DNA of 32,000 nt from Candidatus Jordarchaeales archaeon (GTDB lineage Archaea > Asgardarchaeota > Jordiarchaeia > Jordiarchaeales > Freyrarchaeaceae): positions 344,499 to 376,498 of the forward strand of contig JAWAHN010000001.1 in assembly GCA_038889235.1 (NCBI GenBank), in the 5' to 3' direction. How positions within the stretch are numbered: the first letter of the stretch is position 1; the number at the start of each line of letters is the position of its first letter. Positions 8,798 through 16,911 of this stretch are shown here, piece by piece. The translations under genes were made by a program, and so were the position numbers. The notes under the pieces were generated by a model. The model was given only the letters and a program-made list of their open reading frames with translations, was not told the DNA's origin and did no database searches.

Positions 8798-10159
8798 TTA
8801 GCACCGCTCGATGTTCCTTTTCACTGTTTCCATCGCGAGGTTTAGCAGGTTTCTGAGCCTACTTTCCGTCCTCGCCTCAACCGTTATTCTTATGAGTGGC
8901 TGCGTGTTGGAAGGCCTTATTATGAACCAGCCGTCGTCTAGGTCAACTCGGACGCCGTCTATAGTGTTTATCTCGTAGCCTTCGCGCTCGAGTTCCTCCT
9001 TGACGCGGTCGACTACTTTGAACTTCTTCTCGTCGGGGCATTCAATGTTCCTTTCGGTTATCGGGTAGCTTGGCAGCTCGTCCACTAAGGTGGAGAGGGG
9101 GCGCCTCTCCTTTGACAGTATTTCGGCCATCAGTAGGCTGGCATATATTCCGTCGTCGAACGGCATTAGGAAGGACGGGTAGTAGTGTCCTGAAGCCTCT
9201 ATGCCGAAGACCGCGCCGTGCTTCTTTATCGCCTCGGTTATGAACACGTCGCCCACGCGCTCCCACACAACTTCTCCACCGAGCTCCTCGACTTTTTCCT
9301 TCACGACCATCGAGCAGGAGATGTTCGCCACCACCCTGCCTTTCCTGCGCGAGAACGCTTCTTCGACCAGTATGACGCCTGCAGTTTCAGGCCTTAAAAC
9401 GCGCCCCTTATCATCGACGAAGACAGCCCTGTCAGCGTCTCCGTCGTATGCGACTCCCATATCTGCTCCTACGGCGACAGTTAGTTGCCGGAGCTCGTTC
9501 ACTGTATCCTCTTTCGGGTGCGGGTCCCTGCCTGGAAACGTGCCGTCAGGTTGAGCGTTAAGCGTGTAAACCTTCATTCCAGCACGTCTGAAAAGTTCTG
9601 GGGCAACCGTGGAGGCTGCCCCACAACCGGGGTCTAACACCACTTTCAGCGGTCTTTCTATGCTGATGTTTTCAAGGAGGAATTCCTGGTATGATGCGGC
9701 CACAACTTCTGTGTTTAAGCTCTGGAACGAGCCGAGCTCGTTCCACCTTTTCTTGACGAATTCCCCCTTCATGTAGACTTCCTTTATGTCTTGGTTTTCC
9801 CTAGAGAACCCTGTCCCGTCCGGGCGCCTGAAACGTATTCCAGTGTAGTGGGGTGGATTGTGGGAGGCTGTCACTATTGCGCCCGCCTTGTAGCTGCCGC
9901 TGCGCCAAAGGTGGAAGTTGAAAGTTGGAATTGGAAGCATTCCTACGGAGACCACGTTGCACCCGGCGGAGCAGAGACCCGCTATGAGCGCTTGCTCAAC
10001 TATTCTGGAGCTCTCGCGCACGTCTCTCCCGGTTGCTACCGTCCCCTTTCCTCCAAGATATGTGGCTAGTGCTAAGCCGACCTTAACGCTGAAGGCGGCG
10101 TCGAGGTCCTGGTTGAATACGCCTCTAATATCATAGGCTCTAAAAACGTGTTCTCCCAA
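8798..10159 (-). CDS. Phosphomannomutase/phosphoglucomutase (alpha-D-phosphohexomutase)
   Basis: FRAYDIRG, TASHNPP (catalytic Ser), DGDADR (metal loop), GIEASGH, IRPSNTQP. Confidence 0.95.
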   Translation of the reverse strand: MGEHVFRAYDIRGVFNQDLDAAFSVKVGLALATYLGGKGTVATGRDVRESSRIVEQALIAGLCSAGCNVVSVGMLPIPTFNFHLWRSGSYKAGAIVTASHNPPHYTGIRFRRPDGTGFSRENQDIKEVYMKGEFVKKRWNELGSFQSLNTEVVAASYQEFLLENISIERPLKVVLDPGCGAASTVAPELFRRAGMKVYTLNAQPDGTFPGRDPHPKEDTVNELRQLTVAVGADMGVAYDGDADRAVFVDDKGRVLRPETAGVILVEEAFSRRKGRVVANISCSMVVKEKVEELGGEVVWERVGDVFITEAIKKHGAVFGIEASGHYYPSFLMPFDDGIYASLLMAEILSKERRPLSTLVDELPSYPITERNIECPDEKKFKVVDRVKEELEREGYEINTIDGVRVDLDDGWFIIRPSNTQPLIRITVEARTESRLRNLLNLAMETVKRNIERC

Positions 10160-10301
10160 AGGCTGAACCCCCCGGAGGGAAGCTGCTCTCCCTTTGTTTT
10201 CAACACTTGAATGGTTTCACGGAAGAGTTTAATACTGGTCGAGTTCTTAAAAGTCTCGTGTTCTAGCGCCCGCTGTATGGCGGGGTCGGTGAGGGGCCTG
10301 T

Positions 10302-10970
10302 ATGGATGAGGCGGAGAGAGTGCTGACCACTATCGAGGACAATATAGGTGTGGAGGCAGCTGCTATACTCAACAGTGAGGGGGGAATAGTTGCCTCACAC
10401 ATTCCCGAAGAGGAGCAAGACGTGATTCAATCATTGCTGTTCTCTCTCGGTGGAACCGCCATCTCAAGCTTCATCGCAGAGGTTGGGGGGAAGGTTGTAG
10501 GCTTGAAGAAGGCTGAGAAGTTCATGTTGGCCATCATGGACAGAGGGGATATTAGAGAGGTGCATGCGAAGCTTGAAAGGGGAATGGTACTCCTGAAGGA
10601 GTTGATTAAGGAGGGAGTGAAGGAGGGGTTGCTTGAGGTCACCGAACGGGCTCCTGTGCATTTGACTCCCGCGGCTAGGAAGGTTGCTATGGAGATGAGG
10701 ATTCCAGCGGAGTATGTGGCTTTCTCTGTTCCGACGAGGAAAATCTTCACCCTTGAGTTTATGGAGAGCAGGGTTTCAAGAGAGCTGGTCGAGAAGTACG
10801 GGGGCTGGGTGATGGACCTCTTCATGATGATTGATGGGGAGAAAAGCGTTGGGGCACTGGCGGAAGTGCTTGGGAGGGATCTAAACGAGGTTGTGGTGGT
10901 CGTGGGCGAGCTTCTTAGGGCGAAGGCCGTTACAATTAAGAGGATAGACATACCACCGCTACGCTCCTAG
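10302..10970 (+). CDS. Roadblock/longin-like domain fused to a C-terminal winged helix
   Basis: N-terminal IGVEAAAILNSEGGIVAS pattern; C-terminal IDGEKSVGALAEVLGRDLNEVVVVVGELL wHTH pattern; SD GGTGAGG. Confidence 0.7.
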   Translation: MDEAERVLTTIEDNIGVEAAAILNSEGGIVASHIPEEEQDVIQSLLFSLGGTAISSFIAEVGGKVVGLKKAEKFMLAIMDRGDIREVHAKLERGMVLLKELIKEGVKEGLLEVTERAPVHLTPAARKVAMEMRIPAEYVAFSVPTRKIFTLEFMESRVSRELVEKYGGWVMDLFMMIDGEKSVGALAEVLGRDLNEVVVVVGELLRAKAVTIKRIDIPPLRS

Positions 10971-11051
10971 TTGGCTGCCGCTTAGACTAAGCAGGCACCT
11001 CGCCGGCTCTCGACAGTATGAGTGGTTCTTGTTTTGGGAAAGAGCTTATGT

Positions 11052-11071
11052 GCAGGATTCCTGCTAAATAT
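11052..11071 (+). promoter_or_regulatory. Palindrome GCAGGA-T-TCCTGC abutting a TATA-like TAAATAT
   Basis: Perfect 13-bp palindrome directly upstream of a TATA-like box, about 30 nt before the coiled-coil gene start. Confidence 0.35.
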
Positions 11072-11099
11072 CGTGTATGAAGAGTGTGATAGGAGTGTG

Positions 11100-11519
11100 A
11101 TGTGCTTGGGAGAGAAGGTGGATAACATACTCTACCAGTTTAAGAGCTTGTCGTTGAAGCTGGATGAGTCGCTTAAGGTTATGGAGAGAAACTTCGAGCT
11201 TCTCTCCGCGTTAATGGAGCGAGTGGAGCAGAGCATTAGGGGGCTTAACGCCACCTTTGAGAACCTTGCGAGAACCATAAAGGAGCAGGAGGAACTTTTC
11301 GCGGAGCAAGTAGAAACTCTCCTCAACACTTTCAACTTCGAGATTAGGGGTTTCAGGGAAGCGGTCAAGCTTGAGACGTTTAATGAGACGAAGGAGATGC
11401 TTGACAGCATCCTTCAAACTATTCGAAGCGAAATAGACCCGCATAGGATTAAGCCCATGATGAGCGAGCTTGTTCAGGCATCTCTTAAGATACTCTCCAG
11501 GGCTGGTGGAGGAAAGTAG
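11100..11519 (+). CDS. Coiled-coil protein, paralog 1
   Basis: All-helical heptad pattern; SD AGGAG at 11091-11095 favours ATG 11100 or TTG 11106 over 11022. Confidence 0.8.
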   Translation: MCLGEKVDNILYQFKSLSLKLDESLKVMERNFELLSALMERVEQSIRGLNATFENLARTIKEQEELFAEQVETLLNTFNFEIRGFREAVKLETFNETKEMLDSILQTIRSEIDPHRIKPMMSELVQASLKILSRAGGGK

Positions 11520-11540
11520 GAGGTTTAGGGGGTCGATGCC

Positions 11541-11978
11541 ATGTCTATTCCCGAGTCTATGATTCCGCTGATAACCCAAGCCTTGAACGACATATATAGT
11601 AAGGTTGATCAGCTGAGTGGACAGGTCGAGAAGTACACCGGGAAAATAGAGAAGTTCACCGAGTTTTTCACCAAGAACATTTCAACGCTCATGAAGGGAG
11701 TGGAGGAGCTGGCGAATATTATCAGGGAGGAAAGGGTGAAAACAATACGGCACTTAAGTGAGTCGACAGTTAACGTGGTTGAGGAAATAAAGAGGCTTCA
11801 ATCAGTTAACATGGAGACCATGCGGAGGGAGACCATCGAACTCCACAGAAAGACTTTAGAAAGCGTGAGGGAGGCCATTTGGGTTCTTCAGACGATGATA
11901 CTGATAAACAGATTTCTTCTAGCCATAGGGGAACTTCAGAAGAAAATGGGGGAAGCGGGGAGCTCACCCGGCCAGTGA
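11541..11978 (+). CDS. Coiled-coil protein, paralog 2
   Basis: Heptad pattern; gapless similarity to paralog 1 (ELANIIREE...EEIK vs ENLARTIKEQ...FEIR). Confidence 0.8.
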   Translation: MSIPESMIPLITQALNDIYSKVDQLSGQVEKYTGKIEKFTEFFTKNISTLMKGVEELANIIREERVKTIRHLSESTVNVVEEIKRLQSVNMETMRRETIELHRKTLESVREAIWVLQTMILINRFLLAIGELQKKMGEAGSSPGQ

Positions 11979-12009
11979 TGGCTGAATGAAAAATGGCGGA
12001 AGTGAGAGG

Positions 12010-12702
12010 CTAGTAGCCCCTCCTGAACAAGTCTGATGGCTTTATCAGGCGTTCTTCCTCCGCGGGTTTCGGTTCCTCGTAAACTGGAGCCGGCATCCTG
12101 GCTGGTTTAGCTGGGCCTGGCTCCTTCCTTCTAACCGTTGGTGGAGGCACCTCTTTCTTTTCCTCCTTTGGAGCCTCTTTTTCTGGCTTCACAACCTTTC
12201 CTTCCCTTATCTGGAGGGCGAGGTTTTCCACTTTCTCGACAAGGTCCTTTATAGCCATTATCTCCATCCCTTTCTGGAGGTTGCTCACGGTCTTCTCTAG
12301 GGCTTCTTCGAGCCTCGAAACCCCCTTCAGCTCGACGCTTTCAACGCGGCTGACCAAGTCTTCTCTGATTTCCTCCATTCTCTTCTCTAGTAGGGAGAAC
12401 CTTTCGTTTAGGAGGCGCTCGACTCTTAGCACGGTCTTCGCCACGTCCTCCATTAAGCTGACTATCATCCGGAGAAGTGCTAGGTCTTCTCTGGTTTCAG
12501 TTTCTTTGACGGGTTTCTCGACGGCAGGCTTTTTTGCGACGACCTCTTCGCTTTTAGCCGCTTCGATCTTAACCATGCTAACGATGTCAGCGCTTTTAGC
12601 AGCGTCCGAAGGTTTGACAGCTACAACAGATGGTTGTTGCCCCTCTGGATTTTCCGGCTTTTCGGGAACCTTCACGGTGGGAGACCCGCTCTTCTCAGAC
12701 AA
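12010..12702 (-). CDS. Coiled-coil protein with Pro/Glu/Lys-rich disordered flanks, paralog 3
   Basis: Central helical region (EDVAKTV..VERLLNE...EEIR) similar to paralog 1; low-complexity termini; ends IKPSDLFRRGY. Confidence 0.8.
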   Translation of the reverse strand: MSEKSGSPTVKVPEKPENPEGQQPSVVAVKPSDAAKSADIVSMVKIEAAKSEEVVAKKPAVEKPVKETETREDLALLRMIVSLMEDVAKTVLRVERLLNERFSLLEKRMEEIREDLVSRVESVELKGVSRLEEALEKTVSNLQKGMEIMAIKDLVEKVENLALQIREGKVVKPEKEAPKEEKKEVPPPTVRRKEPGPAKPARMPAPVYEEPKPAEEERLIKPSDLFRRGY

Positions 12703-12764
12703 AGCTCACCACACTCCACATCCCACTACCCGAATGGGTCACCATATTTTCTATAACTGGGTTC

Positions 12765-12952
12765 AAGGAAGGGCTTCCAAGCTTCTCCTTAAAGGGAGCC
12801 ATAGTTTACGCCACCAGCTGGAAACATCGTTGAACTTCCACTCCTCCCCTTTCGGCAGACTTAGATTTTCCGTGGAGTAACGGCGTCGGCAGCTACACTA
12901 CTAGTGACGCCGGGGGCAAGTGAGTACCAAGACCAGCTTGGAAGCCCTCTTT
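12765..12952 (+). ncRNA. Candidate structured non-coding RNA, unassigned family
   Basis: 14-bp perfect closing helix AGGGCTTCCAAGCT (12770-12783) / AGCTTGGAAGCCCT (12935-12948) enclosing three further hairpins. G-U pairs favour the + strand. Confidence 0.5.
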
Positions 12953-13028
12953 CTCTTTGGGGACCTCAATTAATAAGTTCTCAGTGGATTTATAAAAAAG
13001 TGTTGATTAGCCGGTGTACAAGATTTCG

Positions 13029-13511
13029 CTAGAGGGACCAGTACTCGTCTCCGACCCAGTGAAGGTTCTTCACGGCTTTCCCTTTTCCCCCCGCTTTGAT
13101 GGCTTCCGCGTCTAGGAGGGCTTCCCCCACCGCTATGGGTTTCTGGTGTTTTTCGTCGACCACCACTACTAAGGAGCCGGCTTTTACAGACTCGTCGACG
13201 GCTCTTATTCCGGGAAGCATAACGTCTGCACCGTTAGTTATGTGAGGAACTGCACCCATGTCTACGACAATCTTCGGGAGAGTGAATAGGCCGCCGAGAA
13301 GTGATCTGAGCGATGGAAGTAGTCTACCCCCTTTCCTCAGCAGTAGGAGTTGCCCATGGTGGAAGTACACCTCGTCGTCGTTCTCCGTGAACGCCACTTC
13401 TACGTCTTCTAAGGAGATCACTGCTCCTAGAGATTGGTGGAGTTCTTCAGTGAGCCTTTTAACCTCCGATTTTTTGAGAAAGTGCCTCCTCTTCAGCTTC
13501 AAATCACACAC
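13029..13511 (-). CDS. PUA-domain RNA-binding protein (Tma20/MCTS1-like)
   Basis: VVDMGAVPHITNGADVMLPGI, KPIAVG and KGKAVKNLHWVGD motifs. Confidence 0.9.
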   Translation of the reverse strand: MCDLKLKRRHFLKKSEVKRLTEELHQSLGAVISLEDVEVAFTENDDEVYFHHGQLLLLRKGGRLLPSLRSLLGGLFTLPKIVVDMGAVPHITNGADVMLPGIRAVDESVKAGSLVVVVDEKHQKPIAVGEALLDAEAIKAGGKGKAVKNLHWVGDEYWSL

Positions 13512-13517
13512 CGTTCC

Positions 13518-14258
13518 TCAGGGGGGTGAAAGGTTAACTTGTTGGGAGAACTGCCTGAGAAGCTTTATGAGCTCTTCGACCGTTACTTCCTTGGTGACGG
13601 CTAAGGGAATTTTCTCGTTTTCAACCAGGCTCAAGGTTGCAGGGTCGAGTTTTGAGACTCCGTGGAGGATTAATAGGCCGGGCTTATGTTTATTTCCTTT
13701 AATGGTTACAGTGAGGGATCGACCAGTGCTCGCGTTGACCAATATGAGACTTCTCCCGACGGACGCCTGGTAGAGTTTCGCGTAGCCTTCGCTTGAAAGG
13801 TCTTTAAGCATTGCTTTGCTTTCAACGACAATGTACCCTGAAAGTTCTTTGTCGAGCAGCTCACTTGGGGTGAGGGGCTCAGCTCCTATGGCGTGGCAGA
13901 GCCTTTTAGCGCTGACGGGGGAGATAAACTCCCTGGCATCCAGGATTATCGAGGAGGGGATCTCGACGTCCATTAAGCGTCCTAGAGCTGATGTTACAGG
14001 GTTCCCTCTCCTTCCGTCTATGTCTAGCAAGGCTTCGACAAAGCGTTTTATGGTCTTGGTTCCAGGGGACTTCCTCCTGTTAGCCTCGTAATCGCTTATG
14101 ACTGACGGGGATACTTCTAGGTACTCGGCTAGGGTTATCTGGCTTACGTGAAACAGCTCCCTCCACCTTCGCATCACTTTTCCGGGGTCCTCGGCTAGGA
14201 CTATTTCACCGGCTATACGACGGGCAAGCCTCTCCCGGACGTCGACCAGAATGTTCAA
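13518..14258 (-). CDS. XRE-type HTH transcriptional regulator (COG1709-like)
   Basis: RIAGEIVL..DPG..MRRWRELF.VSQ..LA.YL.VSPSVISDYE..RRKSPG. TTG 14258 with SD GGAGG preferred over 14318. Confidence 0.85.
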   Translation of the reverse strand: MNILVDVRERLARRIAGEIVLAEDPGKVMRRWRELFHVSQITLAEYLEVSPSVISDYEANRRKSPGTKTIKRFVEALLDIDGRRGNPVTSALGRLMDVEIPSSIILDAREFISPVSAKRLCHAIGAEPLTPSELLDKELSGYIVVESKAMLKDLSSEGYAKLYQASVGRSLILVNASTGRSLTVTIKGNKHKPGLLILHGVSKLDPATLSLVENEKIPLAVTKEVTVEELIKLLRQFSQQVNLSPP

Positions 14259-14348
14259 AGAGACCCCTCCACGAAGCACTCCCCTTACATATATATTGCA
14301 CGTGTAATAAAAATTCACTGTCGCCTCGAAGGCCTTGGAGGTGTCTTT

Positions 14349-14942
14349 TTGAGCAAAAAAAAGGGAGAAGTGGAACTTGCAAGGTATGTTTTGCTAATAG
14401 TGTTAATCGTGATTGTGGTTTTCGGCGGCTTTCAGCTATTGAAAGCGTACCTGGGGACACCTGCACCTTTCAGGGTAGTTTCAACTTCACCTTCAAGCAT
14501 GGAGCCAACCCTCTACTACGGGGACCTCGTGGTGATAAAGAAAGCTCCGTTCTACGAGATAGGAGTAGGAGACGTCATAGTGTTCGACGCTTACAACTGG
14601 TATTTTGAAGCGGGCGAACTTCCGCCGAACATACCAGTGATCCACAGGGTTTACTGGGTGTCATTTGAGAACGGGCAACTCTACTACTACACTTGGGGAG
14701 ATAACAGACTTACCAATCCTTCCCCCGACCCCGCCCCGACACCTTACTGGCTAGTACACGGGAAGGTCGTCTTCACAATACCGAAACTTGGCTTAGTCAT
14801 ATTATTCATTCAAAGCGGCGGATTCATAGTACTAATAGTGATATTGATAATATTACTGATGATCACAATAACAGCCAAGGATGTGGAGGAAGAAAGCAAA
14901 AGAGATGGGAAGAGACACGACGAGGGCTCGAAAATTATATAA
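14349..14942 (+). CDS. Signal peptidase I, SEC11/S26B type
   Basis: N-terminal TM, SMEPTL..GD (Ser), IHRV (His), GDN, C-terminal TM. Confidence 0.9.
   Translation: MSKKKGEVELARYVLLIVLIVIVVFGGFQLLKAYLGTPAPFRVVSTSPSSMEPTLYYGDLVVIKKAPFYEIGVGDVIVFDAYNWYFEAGELPPNIPVIHRVYWVSFENGQLYYYTWGDNRLTNPSPDPAPTPYWLVHGKVVFTIPKLGLVILFIQSGGFIVLIVILIILLMITITAKDVEEESKRDGKRHDEGSKII
14935..14942 (+). promoter_or_regulatory. TATA box of tRNA-Gln
   Basis: TTATATAA ending 27 nt upstream of tRNA position 1; overlaps the signal peptidase stop codon. Confidence 0.7.
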
Positions 14943-14968
14943 AAAACCCGGGAAAACCTAGAATTGGA

Positions 14969-15076
14969 AGCCCGGTGGTGTAGAGCCTTTAGGGGGCGCG
15001 GAGCGGCCAAGCATCCGGGGCTTTGGACCCCGGGACCCCAGACACGGGAGGAATTCGAATCTGGGCCGGGCTACCA
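14969..15076 (+). tRNA. tRNA-Gln(UUG) with two non-canonical introns (14984-15003 at about 15/16; 15042-15053 at 53/54)
   Basis: Removing 20 + 12 nt yields a 76-nt cloverleaf: AGCCCGG/CCGGGCT acceptor, GTGT/GCAT D stem, CGGGG-CTTTGGA-CCCCG anticodon arm, CCCAG-TTCGAAT-CTGGG T arm, encoded ACCA. Confidence 0.92.
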
Positions 15077-15104
15077 ACACCCTACTTTTCCCCCAAAACA
15101 AGTG

Positions 15105-15151
15105 AAGAAAAAGGGCGGCGAATATGTTCGGCGGTGAACGTCGTTTTTCTT
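15105..15151. terminator. Imperfect inverted repeat between convergent tRNA and ribophorin genes
   Basis: AAGAAAAA..CGGCG / CGTCG..TTTTTCTT gives a T tract on each strand. Confidence 0.3.
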
Positions 15152-15171
15152 AGCCCACCCTTCAGACATTG

Positions 15172-16911
15172 TTAGAGCATTCTACGCCTGAGTTCCTGTA
15201 TTTTCTTCTCCACTCTGGAGACGAACTTGTCCTTCTTTTTCTCCTGCTCTTCCACTAGTTTTTCGTAAACCTCCTTCGATATTCTCCCAGCGGCGAACCT
15301 CTTCCTAATGAACTCTATGGTTGCCCTTGCCTGCTCGGCTTGCGCTATAGACATTTCAAGTTCCTCGAAGTCTGCAGCGTACTGCTTGTTTAGGGAGAGA
15401 AGCTTTTCCTTCTCTTCTTTTATCCGCCTGTCTATGGATGAAAGCTGCTTTTCTATGTCCTCCAAGCGCTTCGCATACTCGAACTTTTTCACTTTTCGTA
15501 GGGCGCGCTTTTCTTCCAGCTCGTCGCGCTCGAGCAGAAGGAGGTGTTTTTCTTCGTAGAGGTCGCAAAGCCTGCCTAGGAGAGCATACTCCTCTCTGAC
15601 TTCAACCATGACGGGCTTAACCGGGGCCCGCGCCCTGAACGTGAACAGAGCTAAAGTGAAAATGAGAAGGATTGCCGCGACGAAGAATATGGGCTCAGAG
15701 TAGAGTGAAATAGGTGAGGAGGTGTAGTACACGTACACTGGGAACGAGTGGTTTGGAAGTATGTCGTCGAACTTGTAAAGGAACAATGACGCTCTGCCTA
15801 ACAGGAGTCCCGTGAATATGGGGGGCGATGGCGGATACAATGCTTGAGGCGATAGGCTACCGCTCAAAGCTATTACTGATAGCGACGCGGGAATTATTGC
15901 GTCGTAACTCGGAGTCGCCGGGAACGCGAAAACATAGTGGTCATATATTTTGATGTGGTAGAACGGCATTGGTATCCGGTACTTGACATAGTAGATGTAG
16001 TGGTCGTTCTGCTCTAAGGGGATGCGGGGAAATACGGCTATGTGGTCTCCTTCAACCCAGGCGCCTATAACGTCGATGCCGTCATACGCCAAAAGTTGCA
16101 CGACGAACGGAGGTACTTTACATTCAAGTTTCAAGGCGGTCTGCGGTCCTTCATTTCTAACCATGTAGAGGTCTATGACCTCTATTCCCCTCCAAGGATC
16201 AACTTGAACGTACCTGAGACTCCACTCGAACTTGATCAAGGTCCCGTAGTATTTCACAGTCATGGGGGTTGCATTGAACGCGCCTATGTTTGCATCGGTT
16301 ATTCTGAGCGACCCATTCACGAGTACGGCGCCGCTAGGGTAGGGGTATTGGGGTATGGCGCCTTCATGGAAAGATATGATGATGGAACAGTTCAAGATCG
16401 GGTGGGGGATCACAGGGTATCTGTAAAGGGTTGCATAGAGAGAGGAGGAATTTGGGGTAACCAGGTTAGCGAATGTCTGGGTTACGGTGAAGTTGTAGCT
16501 CCACCCCGGCGGGACATTGTGGTCAAAAAACACGCGCTTAGCGTAGTGAAAAGCAAAAGAACTGTCTATCACATCTTTAACTTCTAAGGGGACCCCACTG
16601 TTATCAACTGCTGAAAAAGATATCATGCCCTGATGGAGCTCCGGAGGGTAAAAGATGTCTATGAAGGACGCTGCTTCAATGCCAGTATTCACTACGCTGA
16701 AAGAGTCGGTAACACATACGAGTCCGTAAGAGTTTATCTTAATGCTTCTGTTAAGCACTTGAATGCTAAGCGACGGAAAAGGCTGCGCATCCGTGGAGCA
16801 GGATGTTAACTCCTTACCGGCATGTTGATGTTGGAGGGTGTAGGGGGAGAGAACGCAACCAGTAACGGGTGTAAGTGCATATAGTACAAAGATGAGGGAG
16901 ATTAAAAGCAT
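15172..16911 (-). CDS. Ribophorin I (OST1/RPN1)-like oligosaccharyltransferase subunit
   Basis: Signal peptide; two luminal beta domains with RYVQVDPWRGIEVID and PRIPLEQNDHYIYYVKY (cf. RPN1 R.IEVSHWG and PRFPLFGGWKT.Y..GY); one TM; C-terminal cytosolic helical/coiled-coil domain. Confidence 0.75.
   Translation of the reverse strand: MLLISLIFVLYALTPVTGCVLSPYTLQHQHAGKELTSCSTDAQPFPSLSIQVLNRSIKINSYGLVCVTDSFSVVNTGIEAASFIDIFYPPELHQGMISFSAVDNSGVPLEVKDVIDSSFAFHYAKRVFFDHNVPPGWSYNFTVTQTFANLVTPNSSSLYATLYRYPVIPHPILNCSIIISFHEGAIPQYPYPSGAVLVNGSLRITDANIGAFNATPMTVKYYGTLIKFEWSLRYVQVDPWRGIEVIDLYMVRNEGPQTALKLECKVPPFVVQLLAYDGIDVIGAWVEGDHIAVFPRIPLEQNDHYIYYVKYRIPMPFYHIKIYDHYVFAFPATPSYDAIIPASLSVIALSGSLSPQALYPPSPPIFTGLLLGRASLFLYKFDDILPNHSFPVYVYYTSSPISLYSEPIFFVAAILLIFTLALFTFRARAPVKPVMVEVREEYALLGRLCDLYEEKHLLLLERDELEEKRALRKVKKFEYAKRLEDIEKQLSSIDRRIKEEKEKLLSLNKQYAADFEELEMSIAQAEQARATIEFIRKRFAAGRISKEVYEKLVEEQEKKKDKFVSRVEKKIQELRRRML

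Noticed and set aside
12770-12948. MITE, RNase P or group I intron as identity of the inverted-repeat element
   Set aside because: No target-site duplication; no GAGGAAAGUCC/CR-V pair; P- and R-like fragments lie on opposite strands and the element interrupts no gene.
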